From Haloquadratum walsbyi C23 (GTDB lineage: Archaea > Halobacteriota > Halobacteria > Halobacteriales > Haloferacaceae), in contig NC_017459.1 of assembly GCF_000237865.1 (NCBI RefSeq), positions 1,200,001 through 1,232,000 of the forward strand: DNA of 32,000 bases, written 5' to 3'. The notes under the pieces were generated by a model. That model saw only the letters and a program-made list of their open reading frames with translations. It was not told the DNA's origin and made no database searches. The number at the start of each line of letters is the position of its first letter. The stretch's first letter is position 1. This document shows, piece after piece, positions 1 to 9,510 of this stretch. The translations under genes were made by a program, and so were the position numbers.

Positions 1-398
1 GTTTGATTCGTTATTTTATTTTCATACTTCTCGTTTTTGTCAGCGTGTTTATATGGAGCGATTATTACATTGATTTGGAGGAGACTCATCAGCGAGAGCG
101 TATCCCATTGTAGATAATCTCGGTCACCGTCCTTCCCCTCGTCTTTTACTAATGGCAGTATGGTAACTCGATTCTTATGATCATATGTATCATACACCCT
201 TGCTCTTGGATAACTCCGTGTTCTCTTCGGCGAAACCCACCAGCTTATTGCATAATCGTTTTGCTCTGTGTTAACACGAAATGAACTATCACTGAATGCC
301 TTTCCAGAATAAAAGTCCTTGATAGAGTATATGTTTAGCTCCTTAGATAATATTGGATTATAAGTAATGGATTCAATTTTTGCATTAACATCAATCAT
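1..398 (-). CDS. Hypothetical protein, N-terminal 132 codons only; the gene runs off the left edge of the window
   Basis: Absent from the ORF track because it is edge-truncated. Reading the reverse complement from ATG (398..396) stays open to position 1: MIDVNAKIESITYNPILSKELNIYSIKDFYSGKAFSDSSFRVNTEQNDYAISWWVSPKRTRSYPRARVYDTYDHKNRVTILPLVKDEGKDGDRDYLQWDTLSLMSLLQINVIIAPYKHADKNEKYENKITNQ. It is Lys/Asn/Tyr-rich and very AT-rich, unlike the acidic proteins elsewhere in the window. Family not recognised. Confidence 0.5.
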   Translation of the reverse strand, partial: MIDVNAKIESITYNPILSKELNIYSIKDFYSGKAFSDSSFRVNTEQNDYAISWWVSPKRTRSYPRARVYDTYDHKNRVTILPLVKDEGKDGDRDYLQWDTLSLMSLLQINVIIAPYKHADKNEKYENKITNQ

Positions 399-733
399 TA
401 TATATTAACTCGTCCTGTTTGCATAACTCCTGGCTCATCGCTTAATGTTTTGGTATATCAATTATGGAAGTGCAAGGAGAAAGCCCAGTGCTTTCCCGTG
501 CTTTCGCGCGGAGATGAATCCTCACGTTCATACTCGTTCACATTTGGTAGTCATTGCTGACATGATTAGTGCCAACGTCACTGGTCTATTGCGGACACTC
601 ATTGGTGATACTTCAATCATCATCGTAGTACACATCTTAAGTGAAGAGGCTGTCTCTGCAAATGTGTTATTTTTCTGATTATGTTATCCGATTAATGTTT
701 CCAGCGTAACCCTTTAACATTAATAATTAATAT

Positions 734-2272
734 ATGTATATGCACATGTCTACTGACAACGAAGTGCAATCACCAGCGGAGCGTAAATCAGCAATCAGTA
801 AGCGACACGAACAGACAGCAAGCGAAGTGATGCCAACTCGGCGGTCACTGTACATTGGCGGAGAGTGGACTCAGAGTGCATCCGGGGAGACATTCGAAAC
901 GAACGACCCCACGACAGGTCAAACATTAGCTGAGGTACAAGCCGGTGTCGCCGCCGATATTGACCGCGCAGTCGACGCAGCGCAGGAAGGCTACGATGAG
1001 CGTGTCTCTGAAATGTCATCAGCTGACCGACAGTCAATGTTAGAGACAATGGCTGATCGTGTTGAGGATAAAAAAGAGGAGTTTGCTCAACTTGAATCGC
1101 TAGATAATGGTAAGCCAATCACTGAGGCACGGATTGACGTTGACCTTGTCATCGATCACTTCCGATACTTTGCTGGAATGGCTCGGTCACATGAGGGTCG
1201 AACAATTGACACTGATGACTCCCGACATGTCCAGACACTTCAGGAACCTTACGGCGTGGTTGGACAGATCATCCCATGGAACTTCCCTCTGTTAATGGCC
1301 GCGTGGAAACTTGGACCAGCACTCGCAGCAGGAAATGCAACCGTTCTCAAGCCTGCAGAACAGACGCCACTCTCGATTTTGAAGCTGATGGAAGAAGCGG
1401 GCGACGCGATTCCCGACGGGGCGGTTAATGTCGTGACTGGATTTGGCACAGACGCAGGAGAGCCACTGTCGAAGCATGATGGGATTCGGAAGCTTGCATT
1501 TACCGGATCAACGAAGGTCGGTCGGTCTGTCATGAAAGCAGCTGCAGATACAATCACAGATGTGACATTAGAACTTGGTGGTAAGTCGCCACTTGTTGTT
1601 TTCCCAGATGCAGATCTTGATCGCGCTGTCGAAACGACAATTACGGCAATTTTCTTCAATACTGGCGAGTGTTGCTGTGCTGGTTCACGGTTGTTCGTTC
1701 ACGAAGACATCAAGAGCGAATTCATGGATAAACTTGCTGAGGCTGCAGATGATCTTGAGGTTGGTGACCCGCTATTAGAGGCAACAGATCTTGGACCGAA
1801 AGTGACAGCCGATCAGGTTGAGCGGACAATGGGGTATATTCAAGAAGCACGTGATGCCGGTGCGAATGTTGTCTCAGGTGGAGATGCACCAGATGATGAG
1901 GCTCTTGCAGATGGGTGTTTCGTCACTCCAACGCTTATTTCAGAGATTGATCATGATAACCGCGCAGTTCAAGAGGAAATATTTGGACCTGTGCAGGAGG
2001 TCTTTACTTGGAACGATTACGACGAGATGATTGAATTAGCGAACGATGTCGACTATGGACTTGCAGGTGGTGTTCTCACTGAGGATCTCACCAAGGCACA
2101 TAAGTGTGCTAAAGATATCGAGGCTGGAACAATCTGGGTCAACACATATAATGACTTCCCATCGGGACAGCCATTTGGTGGTTACAAACAGTCGGGTATC
2201 GGTCGAGAAATCGGTCAAGAAACCGTTGATCACTATACACAGACGAAAACAATCAATATTGCGCTGGAGTAA
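734..2272 (+). CDS. NAD(P)+-dependent aldehyde dehydrogenase (ALDH superfamily)
   Basis: 512-aa ORF with ALDH hallmarks: IPWNFPLLMAAWKLGPALAAGN, FTGST, the catalytic Glu motif LELGGKSP, the catalytic Cys region FFNTGECCCAGSRLFV, and C-terminal EEIFGPV...PFGGYKQSGIGRE. Three in-frame ATGs (734, 740, 746) leave the exact start uncertain. Confidence 0.95.
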   Translation: MYMHMSTDNEVQSPAERKSAISKRHEQTASEVMPTRRSLYIGGEWTQSASGETFETNDPTTGQTLAEVQAGVAADIDRAVDAAQEGYDERVSEMSSADRQSMLETMADRVEDKKEEFAQLESLDNGKPITEARIDVDLVIDHFRYFAGMARSHEGRTIDTDDSRHVQTLQEPYGVVGQIIPWNFPLLMAAWKLGPALAAGNATVLKPAEQTPLSILKLMEEAGDAIPDGAVNVVTGFGTDAGEPLSKHDGIRKLAFTGSTKVGRSVMKAAADTITDVTLELGGKSPLVVFPDADLDRAVETTITAIFFNTGECCCAGSRLFVHEDIKSEFMDKLAEAADDLEVGDPLLEATDLGPKVTADQVERTMGYIQEARDAGANVVSGGDAPDDEALADGCFVTPTLISEIDHDNRAVQEEIFGPVQEVFTWNDYDEMIELANDVDYGLAGGVLTEDLTKAHKCAKDIEAGTIWVNTYNDFPSGQPFGGYKQSGIGREIGQETVDHYTQTKTINIALE

Positions 2273-2740
2273 AAATACAGTTAACATAACGCAATGATCA
2301 CAACGTGAGCACGTGACCCTCCTCGACGAGCGACTCCTAATAGAGGTCGAGGGTTGCTTGCTGTGTATTTGTACATAGTCAGACACGCACGCCATGTAGC
2401 TCTATGTCTGATAATATGATTCGATCTCTGCACCTCGGGGGTGTGTCTGTAGATATTTCATCATAGTTTCTATCCTTAGCATCTACTTCGTTCGGTATAA
2501 ATATAAAACTTGAAATCATTTAATTTGTATCGATATAAAATTCGAATTTATAACTATTTCCTCAACTATATAAAAACTGTACTCACATTATGATATCAGC
2601 TGCTCGATTCTCAATAGAGAGGTGCAGAATAGCAAACTTAATTGATAGAATATATTCGGTTAAGAATTTTTTATTACTCATTTGTGCCAATTGCACAGGG
2701 TACTTTTCACTGACTCACTGATCTATTCAGTCAGATTGAC

Positions 2741-2748
2741 TCATATGT
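2741..2748. repeat. Target-site duplication (left copy), tcatatgt
   Basis: The 8-bp tcatatgt immediately precedes the left IS terminus. An identical 8-mer immediately follows the right terminus (4034..4041). Confidence 0.8.
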
Positions 2749-2766
2749 CTCGGCTCTGCACGTTTA
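2749..2766. repeat. IS left terminal inverted repeat
   Basis: ctcggctctgcacgttta matches the reverse complement of 4016..4033 (ctcgactctgcacgttta) with one mismatch. Confidence 0.85.
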
Positions 2767-2800
2767 AATAGGGGCGTGATGTAGGCAGCATTGAAACTTG

Positions 2801-4018
2801 ATGCTGCCGATTACGGATTTCCTCTCGTGCACCGACGTGCTGGATGAATTCGACTCGCTATCATATCATCAAACGACTCACGCCAAAACGTACGTGACAG
2901 GTCTTGCTGCGGGCCGCAGCAAGACTGTAACCGGAATTGCACGAGAGGTCCTTCCTGCCGGAAGTGACCGAGCACTCAACAAGTTCATCACCGAATACGA
3001 TTGGGATGAGGATCAGCTCAATCACGAGCGGTTAGAGGAACTGCAAAAACACGGAGAGACACGCTGGTCACAAAACGGCTATATCGTTATTGACGATTCA
3101 GTCATCCAGCGAACCGGGAAGTCCCTTCCCGGTGCTGGAGAGTTCTACGATCACTCTGAGGGTGAGCCTGTTTGGGGACAGAACCTCGTCTACGCGTTCT
3201 ATACCGATGATAAAACGTCCTATCCACTTGCTTTTCGCCAGTACGAGAAGGTCGACGACGAGGACGAGGAAGACGAACAGGAGACAAAATACGACCTCGC
3301 ACGAGAGATAATCACGGAATTAGAAGAAGAGGTAGGTGTGCCTGCGGGCACCTACCTCTTCGATGCATGGTTTGCTCATGACTCCGGTCTGATCGAACAC
3401 GTCGAATCACACGGCAAGGACTGGATTGGACCACTACGGGGCAACCGACAGGTGACCTACGCGAACAAAGAGAGACGCGTCGATGCGCTCGAAGAGTGCA
3501 TCGACAAGGAAGAGCGAGAAGTTGACGGTGAAACGTACAAAATTTGGACTAAGACAGTCCCTGTCTCGAAATTAGGTGAAGTTCGGCTGGTAATCACAGA
3601 GAAGGTTACCGATGAGGACAAAGAGAATCCAGTAAAGTATCTTGCGACGAGCAAGATTGACGCGCCTTCGGCACACATTATTCGGAGCTATTCGTACAGA
3701 TGGCGAGTAGAGACATTCTTCGAGGACTCGAAAGAGGATCTTGGCTTAGGAGACTGCGAGGTTCGTGATTCTGACGGTGCCAGTCGTCACTGGCACCTTC
3801 AGATGCTGGCCTACAGCCTTCTTCGGCTTGGTCCGGAATCGAGCGCCTCGGAGCGACTTGTCTCGAAAGCCTCGTCGCTCCGATCACAACTCGAACACGG
3901 TCTCAAGGAGACGATCTACAACATGTTTTCCTGGGTGCGCGATCAACCAGACCGCGATCTCGATGGACTGATGGAAGACATTGACCACCTCTTTCTCCAT
4001 TCTGAGGGTAGTTTATAA
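2801..4018 (+). CDS. DDE transposase (IS4/IS701-like superfamily)
   Basis: The track ORF 2798..4018 begins at TTG, and the first ATG is at 2801. Candidate DDE residues lie in VIDDSVIQRTG, YLFDAWFAHDS and the signature YRWRVETFFEDSKEDLGLGDCEVR. There is an acidic insert DDEDEEDEQE. The stop codon TAA (4016..4018) lies inside the right IR. Confidence 0.92.
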   Translation: MLPITDFLSCTDVLDEFDSLSYHQTTHAKTYVTGLAAGRSKTVTGIAREVLPAGSDRALNKFITEYDWDEDQLNHERLEELQKHGETRWSQNGYIVIDDSVIQRTGKSLPGAGEFYDHSEGEPVWGQNLVYAFYTDDKTSYPLAFRQYEKVDDEDEEDEQETKYDLAREIITELEEEVGVPAGTYLFDAWFAHDSGLIEHVESHGKDWIGPLRGNRQVTYANKERRVDALEECIDKEEREVDGETYKIWTKTVPVSKLGEVRLVITEKVTDEDKENPVKYLATSKIDAPSAHIIRSYSYRWRVETFFEDSKEDLGLGDCEVRDSDGASRHWHLQMLAYSLLRLGPESSASERLVSKASSLRSQLEHGLKETIYNMFSWVRDQPDRDLDGLMEDIDHLFLHSEGSL

Positions 4019-4033
4019 ACGTGCAGAGTCGAG
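4016..4033. repeat. IS right terminal inverted repeat
   Basis: Its reverse complement equals the left IR except for one base. Confidence 0.85.
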
Positions 4034-4041
4034 TCATATGT
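4034..4041. repeat. Target-site duplication (right copy), tcatatgt
   Basis: Identical to 2741..2748 and directly abuts the right IR. Confidence 0.8.
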
Positions 4042-4106
4042 GCAACCTCAATAAATTATATATTGCACAAACAGTACATTATTATGGCTGGCAATCATAT
4101 CATAAG

Positions 4107-4337
4107 ATGAATATGGAACATAATATTGGGTCCATGGACCGTACCACTCGCATACTATTTGGCGCAGTGACAGGACTGCTATCTTTAGCAATACTTGCAA
4201 GCGTCATCTCCCTGCCGACAGTCGTATCACCGCTGCTTGGAGTTGTTTCTTTTATTATGATGGGTACCAGTGTGACAGGATTCTGCCCACTGTACACATT
4301 ACTTGGAGTTGACACCTGTTCAGCATCACCCCAGTAG
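4107..4337 (+). CDS. Small two-TM membrane protein, DUF2892/YgaP-C-terminal-like
   Basis: The track ORF 3981..4337 starts inside the IS, so the plausible start is ATG 4107 (MNMEHNIGSMDRTTRILFGAVTG...). The R-x-x-G...two hydrophobic helices...GFCPLYTLLGVDTC pattern is the DUF2892 signature as I remember it. Confidence 0.7.
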   Translation: MNMEHNIGSMDRTTRILFGAVTGLLSLAILASVISLPTVVSPLLGVVSFIMMGTSVTGFCPLYTLLGVDTCSASPQ

Positions 4338-4691
4338 CACTATATCTCCCTTTACTTCACGAAAAATATGACATCGAATCAAGAATATCGCGATAGATAC
4401 TCATCATAACCGAACTGCTCCTGGATCAAGCCTTGAGGCACTCTACCTACATTCTCTGTATAATTTACTCAACATGTACAGGCGATCAAGGCGACTGCCC
4501 CCGGGTGAGTTCACCCTGCTCAATTGTAAGTCGTCCTTTGGAACTTCACCAAACATGCCTGTGAACCCCTTTTGATTTGGTAGTTTGTCTAACGCTTCAA
4601 GATATAATCAGTGAGGTGAGACGTATTAGTCCCATGTTATGAGGTTGAGAAATCAAGCATCAACGCATGGTATCAGTTATCTAACTCATCG

Positions 4692-5405
4692 CTAATTAAG
4701 TTCAATTGATAGATCGTTATTCTGTAGGCGATAATGAGGTGGTTCAAAAGCGGTCACGATAGCATGCACTTCAACGCCGCTCTCTTGAACATTGGCGAGT
4801 AAATCTGCAAATTCAGGATCCATATCCCGGTATGGTTGAAATCGTTTAACATCAGGTCGTTGGACAACAAATACAATGTGGGATTCATATCCGTCATTAT
4901 GGAGTTTTTGCAGACTCCGAAGATGGCGACGACCTCGTTCGGTCTGTCGATCAGGGAATTTAGCAATCATGTTGTCGATGCACGTGCAGGATTTGACCTC
5001 AACGTATGCAGTGGTGTTGTTTGGTGTTATGAGCCGAAAATCGGTTCGACCGTGGTCTGGTAATGATGGCTCACGTTCTTCCAGTTTGTATCCATCGAAT
5101 ACAGAAATAGCATCGCTCCTGATCCCGCTCTCGAAAAGGTCGTTCGCCAGTGTCGTGCGAACGCTTACACATACATCACCGACAAAGACCGCAATAGCAT
5201 CATAATCAGTCGATCGATCTGAATCATTGACGGGCGAGCATAGGATTTTATATCCCGGCTCCACGATCCCTTCGAGAGCCCCAGGATCCCCAAGAAAGAC
5301 GCGTTCGGGTGTGTCACCGAAACGAACACGAACGACAAAGCGATTCGGACGATCAATAATAGTGCCTGTCATTAATTCTGCATCAACTGTGAGCAGTCGT
5401 GTCAT
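4692..5405 (-). CDS. sfsA: SfsA family protein (sugar fermentation stimulation protein homologue, nuclease-like fold)
   Basis: SfsA-like motifs: IIDRPNRFVVRV near the N-terminus, RTDFRL, YVEVKSCT, FPDRQTERGRRHLRSL and DPEFADLL. The 283-aa track ORF has a non-coding-looking N-terminal extension, so I place the start at M47 (ATG 5405..5403). Confidence 0.85.
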   Translation of the reverse strand: MTRLLTVDAELMTGTIIDRPNRFVVRVRFGDTPERVFLGDPGALEGIVEPGYKILCSPVNDSDRSTDYDAIAVFVGDVCVSVRTTLANDLFESGIRSDAISVFDGYKLEEREPSLPDHGRTDFRLITPNNTTAYVEVKSCTCIDNMIAKFPDRQTERGRRHLRSLQKLHNDGYESHIVFVVQRPDVKRFQPYRDMDPEFADLLANVQESGVEVHAIVTAFEPPHYRLQNNDLSIELN

Positions 5406-6147
5406 ATTGCGTGATAAAGACTGTTTCCAGGCGTTGTAATTATGCTTGCCTCTCAGTTTATATCGAGGAAAATAATCTGACGACAGGCGATGCATGTGTA
5501 TGGTCTCCCGGCGATCAAGATTGTTGCTGATAATCATCTCCACGATTCTGTGAACTGCCTCGGGACCACATCAAATCCCCAAGCCACTCGTCTTGGTTAT
5601 ATATGGCAAGGAGAATACCTGCGGTTGCAGTCGCAGGATGAATCCGATAGCTCTGCATCAATCGACACTGTCAGAGCCACTCTGAAATTCTATACTCCGT
5701 CGGTTAAACTCACAGGCAATCTTCCAGATAGGTAGGAACCAAACCAGCAACAGAGTGATTCCGGTCAGTCCGACGATGAAGATCTGTCCGCCCCGAGTAA
5801 TGAGACAATAATCGGACTCAGTCAGGTGAACGGTCGATTCCGATACTGAGTCAATGCTGTGCCCGACTGCTGTAAACATGATAAAGTAACTCCAACTCCG
5901 CCGAAGTCTGCCAGACTCCTCGAGGCACAAACAACTCCGGGAGTCTGGAGATGATTGAAGACAGGAATACCGGGGCTGGGATGTGGCACTCCCAGCAGGG
6001 GAAATCATACTAATTACATTTCCACTATGACTACCAATTTTTTCCGTGACTTTGAAGAATATTTTTATTCAATATGAGGAAACACAAATCGATTGACTAT
6101 AATATTAGTTCGGAACGCACTTATTTATTCAATTGGATTATATAAGT

Positions 6148-7167
6148 ATGGAGATATCACGGCGCAGGGCACTCGAAAGCGCGAGCGTCACAGCAGCAGT
6201 TGCACTCACCGGTTGTATTGGGGAGAGTACGTCGGTTACTGATAATTCAGAGACTATTTCGATTCGAGAAGTTGAGAGCAGCGTCAGCGCAGCTGTGTTT
6301 CAGTGGGGAATTGACAAAGGGGTATGGTCGTCTCGAAATATTGAGTTAGATTTTGAGACTGTCCCTTACGGTCGGTATAACCGCCAACTTGTGACGAATG
6401 AATCCGATATCGGCGCGCCAGCGACGGTCGCACAGATGGAGTTCATGACCGATGGTGAGCCGTTGACCTTCATCGGACCTCAACAGAATATGTTTAATCG
6501 TATGTTCGTCCAAGCTGATGATAGTTCAATTGAGGACCCAACAGATCTCGTTGATAAGCGGGTGGGTGTACCGGCCGCAGTCAGCTCAACAACGACAACC
6601 GTCCATCGGGCACTCATTGATGAAAAATACGGAGTTGATATCGTTGAGGATACTGCCGAGACGCGAGCAGAGGACCCACCAGTGCTCTGGGAACTATTCA
6701 AAGAAGGGGAATTCGATGCAATTTCTGAGTTTTCAGGATACACGATCCGCGGAATTGCCGATGACTCCATGCGGACAATTTTTGATCCACATGCGTTATG
6801 GACAGAGCGAACGGGCGTTGGACTTCCGACGACGACATTTACTGTCCGCCGGGACTGGCTTGAGGAAAACCGTGAGACAACCGAGCAGTTCTTACAGGGC
6901 TGGGCTAAGGCATTGTCATTATTCCGCTCAAATGCAGAAACAGCTCTCAGCGAGTTTGGAAAGGCGGCTGGGATTTCAGATCCCAATGAGGCTGCGGTCG
7001 TTACTGAGTTGATGGATACTGATACTATATTTGGACCGCCATTTTATGAGGAATCACTCGCTGATAGTCACTGGTCATTCTTTGAATTGCTCGCCGACCG
7101 GGAAGTGCTTGATCTCCCAGACCGCGGAGCAGCAATCACGACCGTCGACGCGTTTGATCAGGACTAA
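6148..7167 (+). CDS. ABC transporter substrate-binding lipoprotein, NitT/TauT (NMT1/SsuA-like) family, Tat-exported
   Basis: The first ATG is at 6148 (the track ORF starts at TTG 6133). It has a twin-arginine signal MEISRRRALES followed by the lipobox LTGC. It is immediately followed by cognate permease and ATPase genes. Confidence 0.85.
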   Translation: MEISRRRALESASVTAAVALTGCIGESTSVTDNSETISIREVESSVSAAVFQWGIDKGVWSSRNIELDFETVPYGRYNRQLVTNESDIGAPATVAQMEFMTDGEPLTFIGPQQNMFNRMFVQADDSSIEDPTDLVDKRVGVPAAVSSTTTTVHRALIDEKYGVDIVEDTAETRAEDPPVLWELFKEGEFDAISEFSGYTIRGIADDSMRTIFDPHALWTERTGVGLPTTTFTVRRDWLEENRETTEQFLQGWAKALSLFRSNAETALSEFGKAAGISDPNEAAVVTELMDTDTIFGPPFYEESLADSHWSFFELLADREVLDLPDRGAAITTVDAFDQD

Positions 7168-7173
7168 TCGAAA

Positions 7174-7998
7174 ATGTCAATCCGACAGTCAGTATTGCCA
7201 GATATCGGCTCTGCATTCATTCGTCAGATTACCGTAACGGCTGTATCGGTTGCCCTATTTGCCCTCGCTTGGCAGACAATCGCTGCAGCGTTTACCCCGC
7301 GTCAGTTCCCCGGCATTATTGAGCTGGCTGAGAATGTATGGGTGGTCATCTCAGGCGGCGACCGATTTGCACCTGGAGTAACCTATGGTACGACAATCAC
7401 ACGTGTCGTAATGGGCTTTATTATATCGATGGTACTTGCGACGTTTTGGGGTGTCATCATGGGTGTTCAACAGAGTATTACAGACTATCTCGCGGGTCCA
7501 CTTTTTGTGTTGCTGACAGTGCCTTCAGTCGTGTGGGCGTTCGTCGGTGTGTTGTGGCTCGGGTTGACTGAATTTGCTGTTCCGGTGCTGGTCATTGTGT
7601 TGATCGTCTTTCCGTACTTGACAGCAATTATTTGGGAGGGTACTCGTGATCTGAATGAGAACTTACTCAAGATGGCAACCGCCTATGACGCTCGCAGCAG
7701 CCACATTTGGCGTGATATTTATCTACCACATATTAAGCCAGTATTATTTGGTGCTATGCGTGTTGGACTCGCTGTTTCTTGGAAATTGGCGCTAGTCGCA
7801 GAGGTTTTTGGTACTGCGACTGGAGTTGGCGTCGCTGTCAACTATCATTTTGAGGCTTTTGATACCGGAATGGTGATTGCATGGGCAATCCCAGTTATAG
7901 GAGTGATGATTATCGCTGATCGCTTACTACGATGGAGCGAACATCGAGCAGCGCAAAAGCGAGGATATGATACTGAAACAACAAATATAATCACATGA
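7174..7998 (+). CDS. ABC transporter permease (NitT/TauT family, BPD_transp_1-type)
   Basis: 274-aa polytopic hydrophobic protein with an EAA-like loop region (ATAYDARSSHIWRDIYLPHIKPVLFGAMRVGLAVSWKLALVAE). It lies 6 bp after the SBP gene, and its stop overlaps the ATPase start (ATGA at 7995..7998). Confidence 0.88.
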   Translation: MSIRQSVLPDIGSAFIRQITVTAVSVALFALAWQTIAAAFTPRQFPGIIELAENVWVVISGGDRFAPGVTYGTTITRVVMGFIISMVLATFWGVIMGVQQSITDYLAGPLFVLLTVPSVVWAFVGVLWLGLTEFAVPVLVIVLIVFPYLTAIIWEGTRDLNENLLKMATAYDARSSHIWRDIYLPHIKPVLFGAMRVGLAVSWKLALVAEVFGTATGVGVAVNYHFEAFDTGMVIAWAIPVIGVMIIADRLLRWSEHRAAQKRGYDTETTNIIT

Positions 7999-8744
7999 CT
8001 CGACTGCGCGTCTGTGAAGCGACAAAACGCTATGGTGATACTGCTGAGATGATAAATGTATTTACTGGATTAAACCTATCTGTAGACGCTGACGAGTTTG
8101 TTACATTAATGGGTCCCTCAGGGTGCGGTAAGACTACGATATTAAACATTATTTCTGGGCTAACGCCACTGACCGAAGGGACTGTTGAGTTCGATGATAA
8201 GCCGGTTGCCGCTGGTGAGTTCTCTTTTGGATATGTGTTTCAGGAACCTCGCTTGCTTGACTGGCGGACAGTCGGAAAAAACATCGAGTTCGTGCTTCGA
8301 TCCGCTGATATCAATGCTAGCGAGTATGACTCTCGCATTGATAGCGTGTTGAGGCGGGTCGGTCTTGATGACGAGCGAGACAGCTATCCCCAACGACTAT
8401 CTGGCGGTCAGCGACAACGGGTGAATCTTGCGCGAGCGCTGGCAATCGAGCCGGAGCTCCTTTTGATGGATGAACCATTTTCATCACTTGATGAAGTAAC
8501 CGCTCGTCATGCTCGTCAAGACTTGCTTGATGTCTGGTATAATACACAAAAAGCGGTGCTGTTTGTTACCCATGATATGAGTGAGGCGGTCGCACTCTCA
8601 GACCGCATCTTGTTTATCAATAAGGATGGAAACTTGTTTGATGAAGTTACTATCGATCATGAGCGTCCGCGAGATTTCGACGACCCGGCACTTCGAGAGA
8701 CAGAGGCACAACTGACTCATCGGTTCTTTGAATCCTTACAGTGA
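7995..8744 (+). CDS. ABC transporter ATP-binding protein
   Basis: Walker A GPSGCGKTT, Q-loop, ABC signature LSGGQRQR, Walker B LLLMDEPFSSLD and H-loop VTHD. Confidence 0.95.
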   Translation: MTRLRVCEATKRYGDTAEMINVFTGLNLSVDADEFVTLMGPSGCGKTTILNIISGLTPLTEGTVEFDDKPVAAGEFSFGYVFQEPRLLDWRTVGKNIEFVLRSADINASEYDSRIDSVLRRVGLDDERDSYPQRLSGGQRQRVNLARALAIEPELLLMDEPFSSLDEVTARHARQDLLDVWYNTQKAVLFVTHDMSEAVALSDRILFINKDGNLFDEVTIDHERPRDFDDPALRETEAQLTHRFFESLQ

Positions 8745-9490
8745 TTACTCAACGCGTCTATCGCTGGGTAGCGACCATAGTTACGCTTTTTATTATATGG
8801 GCTATCAGCGGGCGCATCATGCCAGCGACTCTTCCAGGTCCAGCCGCCGTCATCGGACGGATACCTCTGTTACTGGTCCCCGGACCAGGCGGTAATCTTA
8901 TGACTCATCTTGTTCAGAGCCTTCTACGGGTATTGGGCGCAGGAATAACTGCCCTGATGCTCGCGACAGTAATTGGAATTGTGATGGCTCAACACCGCTC
9001 AGCTGAGTGGGCGATCTCACCGTGGTTACCACTAGCGATGACAATCCCAACCCTCGTTGTTGTGCTGGTGACAATGGTGTTGTTTCAATTCAGCGAAGCT
9101 GCGGTCATCACTGCGACTGTTCTTGTGACGACACCGTATGCTACGGTCACTGTATGGGAGGGTGCTCGGACTGTCGACAGTGACATACTAGCAGTGGCTG
9201 CAACATATGATGTCAATTCATGGGCAATATTACGTGAGATATATCTCCCAGCAATCGCTCCCGCTGTCTTAGGTAGTGCTCGATACCTCGCAAGCATGGT
9301 CTGGAAGGTAGTCGTTCTCGCCGAAACATTTGGTATGTCAGTTGGGATGGGGGCGGTTTTTCGATTCTGGTATGGTCAGGGTGATCTCGAAGCAGTGTTA
9401 GCTGCGTTGTTTGTGTTTGTATTTGTGATGATCGGTATTCAAGCTAGCATCACGCAAGCTAAGGAGCGACTGTTAATTTGGCAAAGATAA
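8741..9490 (+). CDS. Second ABC transporter permease (NitT/TauT family)
   Basis: 249-aa polytopic protein paralogous to 7174..7998 (VAATYDVNSWAILREIYLPAIAPAVLGSARYLASMVWKVVVLAE). Its GTG start overlaps the ATPase stop (GTGA at 8741..8744). Confidence 0.85.
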   Translation: MITQRVYRWVATIVTLFIIWAISGRIMPATLPGPAAVIGRIPLLLVPGPGGNLMTHLVQSLLRVLGAGITALMLATVIGIVMAQHRSAEWAISPWLPLAMTIPTLVVVLVTMVLFQFSEAAVITATVLVTTPYATVTVWEGARTVDSDILAVAATYDVNSWAILREIYLPAIAPAVLGSARYLASMVWKVVVLAETFGMSVGMGAVFRFWYGQGDLEAVLAALFVFVFVMIGIQASITQAKERLLIWQR

Positions 9491-9510
9491 TATATCTTCA
9501 CTCTTCAATA

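Larger units (their letters stand above)
2749..4033 (+). mobile_element. Intact insertion sequence (1285 bp), single-ORF DDE transposase, IS4/IS701/ISH-type
   Basis: Terminal inverted repeats ctcgGctctgcacgttta (2749..2766) and taaacgtgcagagtCgag (4016..4033) match at 17/18 positions. They are flanked by an 8-bp direct repeat and enclose one transposase ORF. Confidence 0.9.

Noticed and set aside
445-678. 77-aa plus-strand ORF upstream of the aldehyde dehydrogenase gene.
   Set aside because: The composition is basic, hydrophobic and not halophile-like. There are no motifs, and it sits in a likely promoter or spacer region.
795-1659. Antisense or alternate-frame ORFs inside the aldehyde dehydrogenase gene (795..1118, 1107..1295, 1249..1659, etc.). 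The same kind of shadow ORFs occur inside other strong genes (e.g. 6480..6986, 10493..11020, 11844..12371, 22467..22802, 22956..23285, 28992..29360, 29461..29808).
   Set aside because: They lie entirely within ORFs that have clear family motifs. Their translations are Ser/Arg/Pro/Thr-rich and non-acidic, typical of shadow frames in coding DNA.
2428-2627. Inverted 9-mer ctgcacctc (2428..2436) / gaggtgcag (2619..2627) flanking ~180 bp of AT-rich DNA. Its core ctctgcac resembles the IS terminal repeat (ctcggctctgcacg), raising the idea of a MITE or solo-IR relic.
   Set aside because: Only 9 bp match exactly. Alignment to the IS terminus needs an indel, and no target duplication is visible. This could be chance, and checking it would need genome-wide BLASTN.
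3981-4106. N-terminal extension of the DUF2892 ORF.
   Set aside because: The extension starts inside the IS element and crosses its right IR and the TSD. The domain begins after ATG 4107.
4443-4556. 37-codon minus-strand ORF (MFGEVPKDDLQLSRVNSPGGSRLDRLY...), plus another short frame ending ...IYRDILDSMSYFS, in the 350-bp spacer between the DUF2892 and sfsA genes. Possible gene debris.
   Set aside because: They are too short, interrupted by stops in all continuations, and have no recognisable family.
5658-6008. 116-aa minus-strand ORF between the sfsA and SBP genes. Its second half (from ATG 5879) has one hydrophobic helix.
   Set aside because: The first half is Cys/Ser/Arg-rich and not protein-like. 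The short version (73 aa) has no motif. It cannot be supported without homology or expression data.
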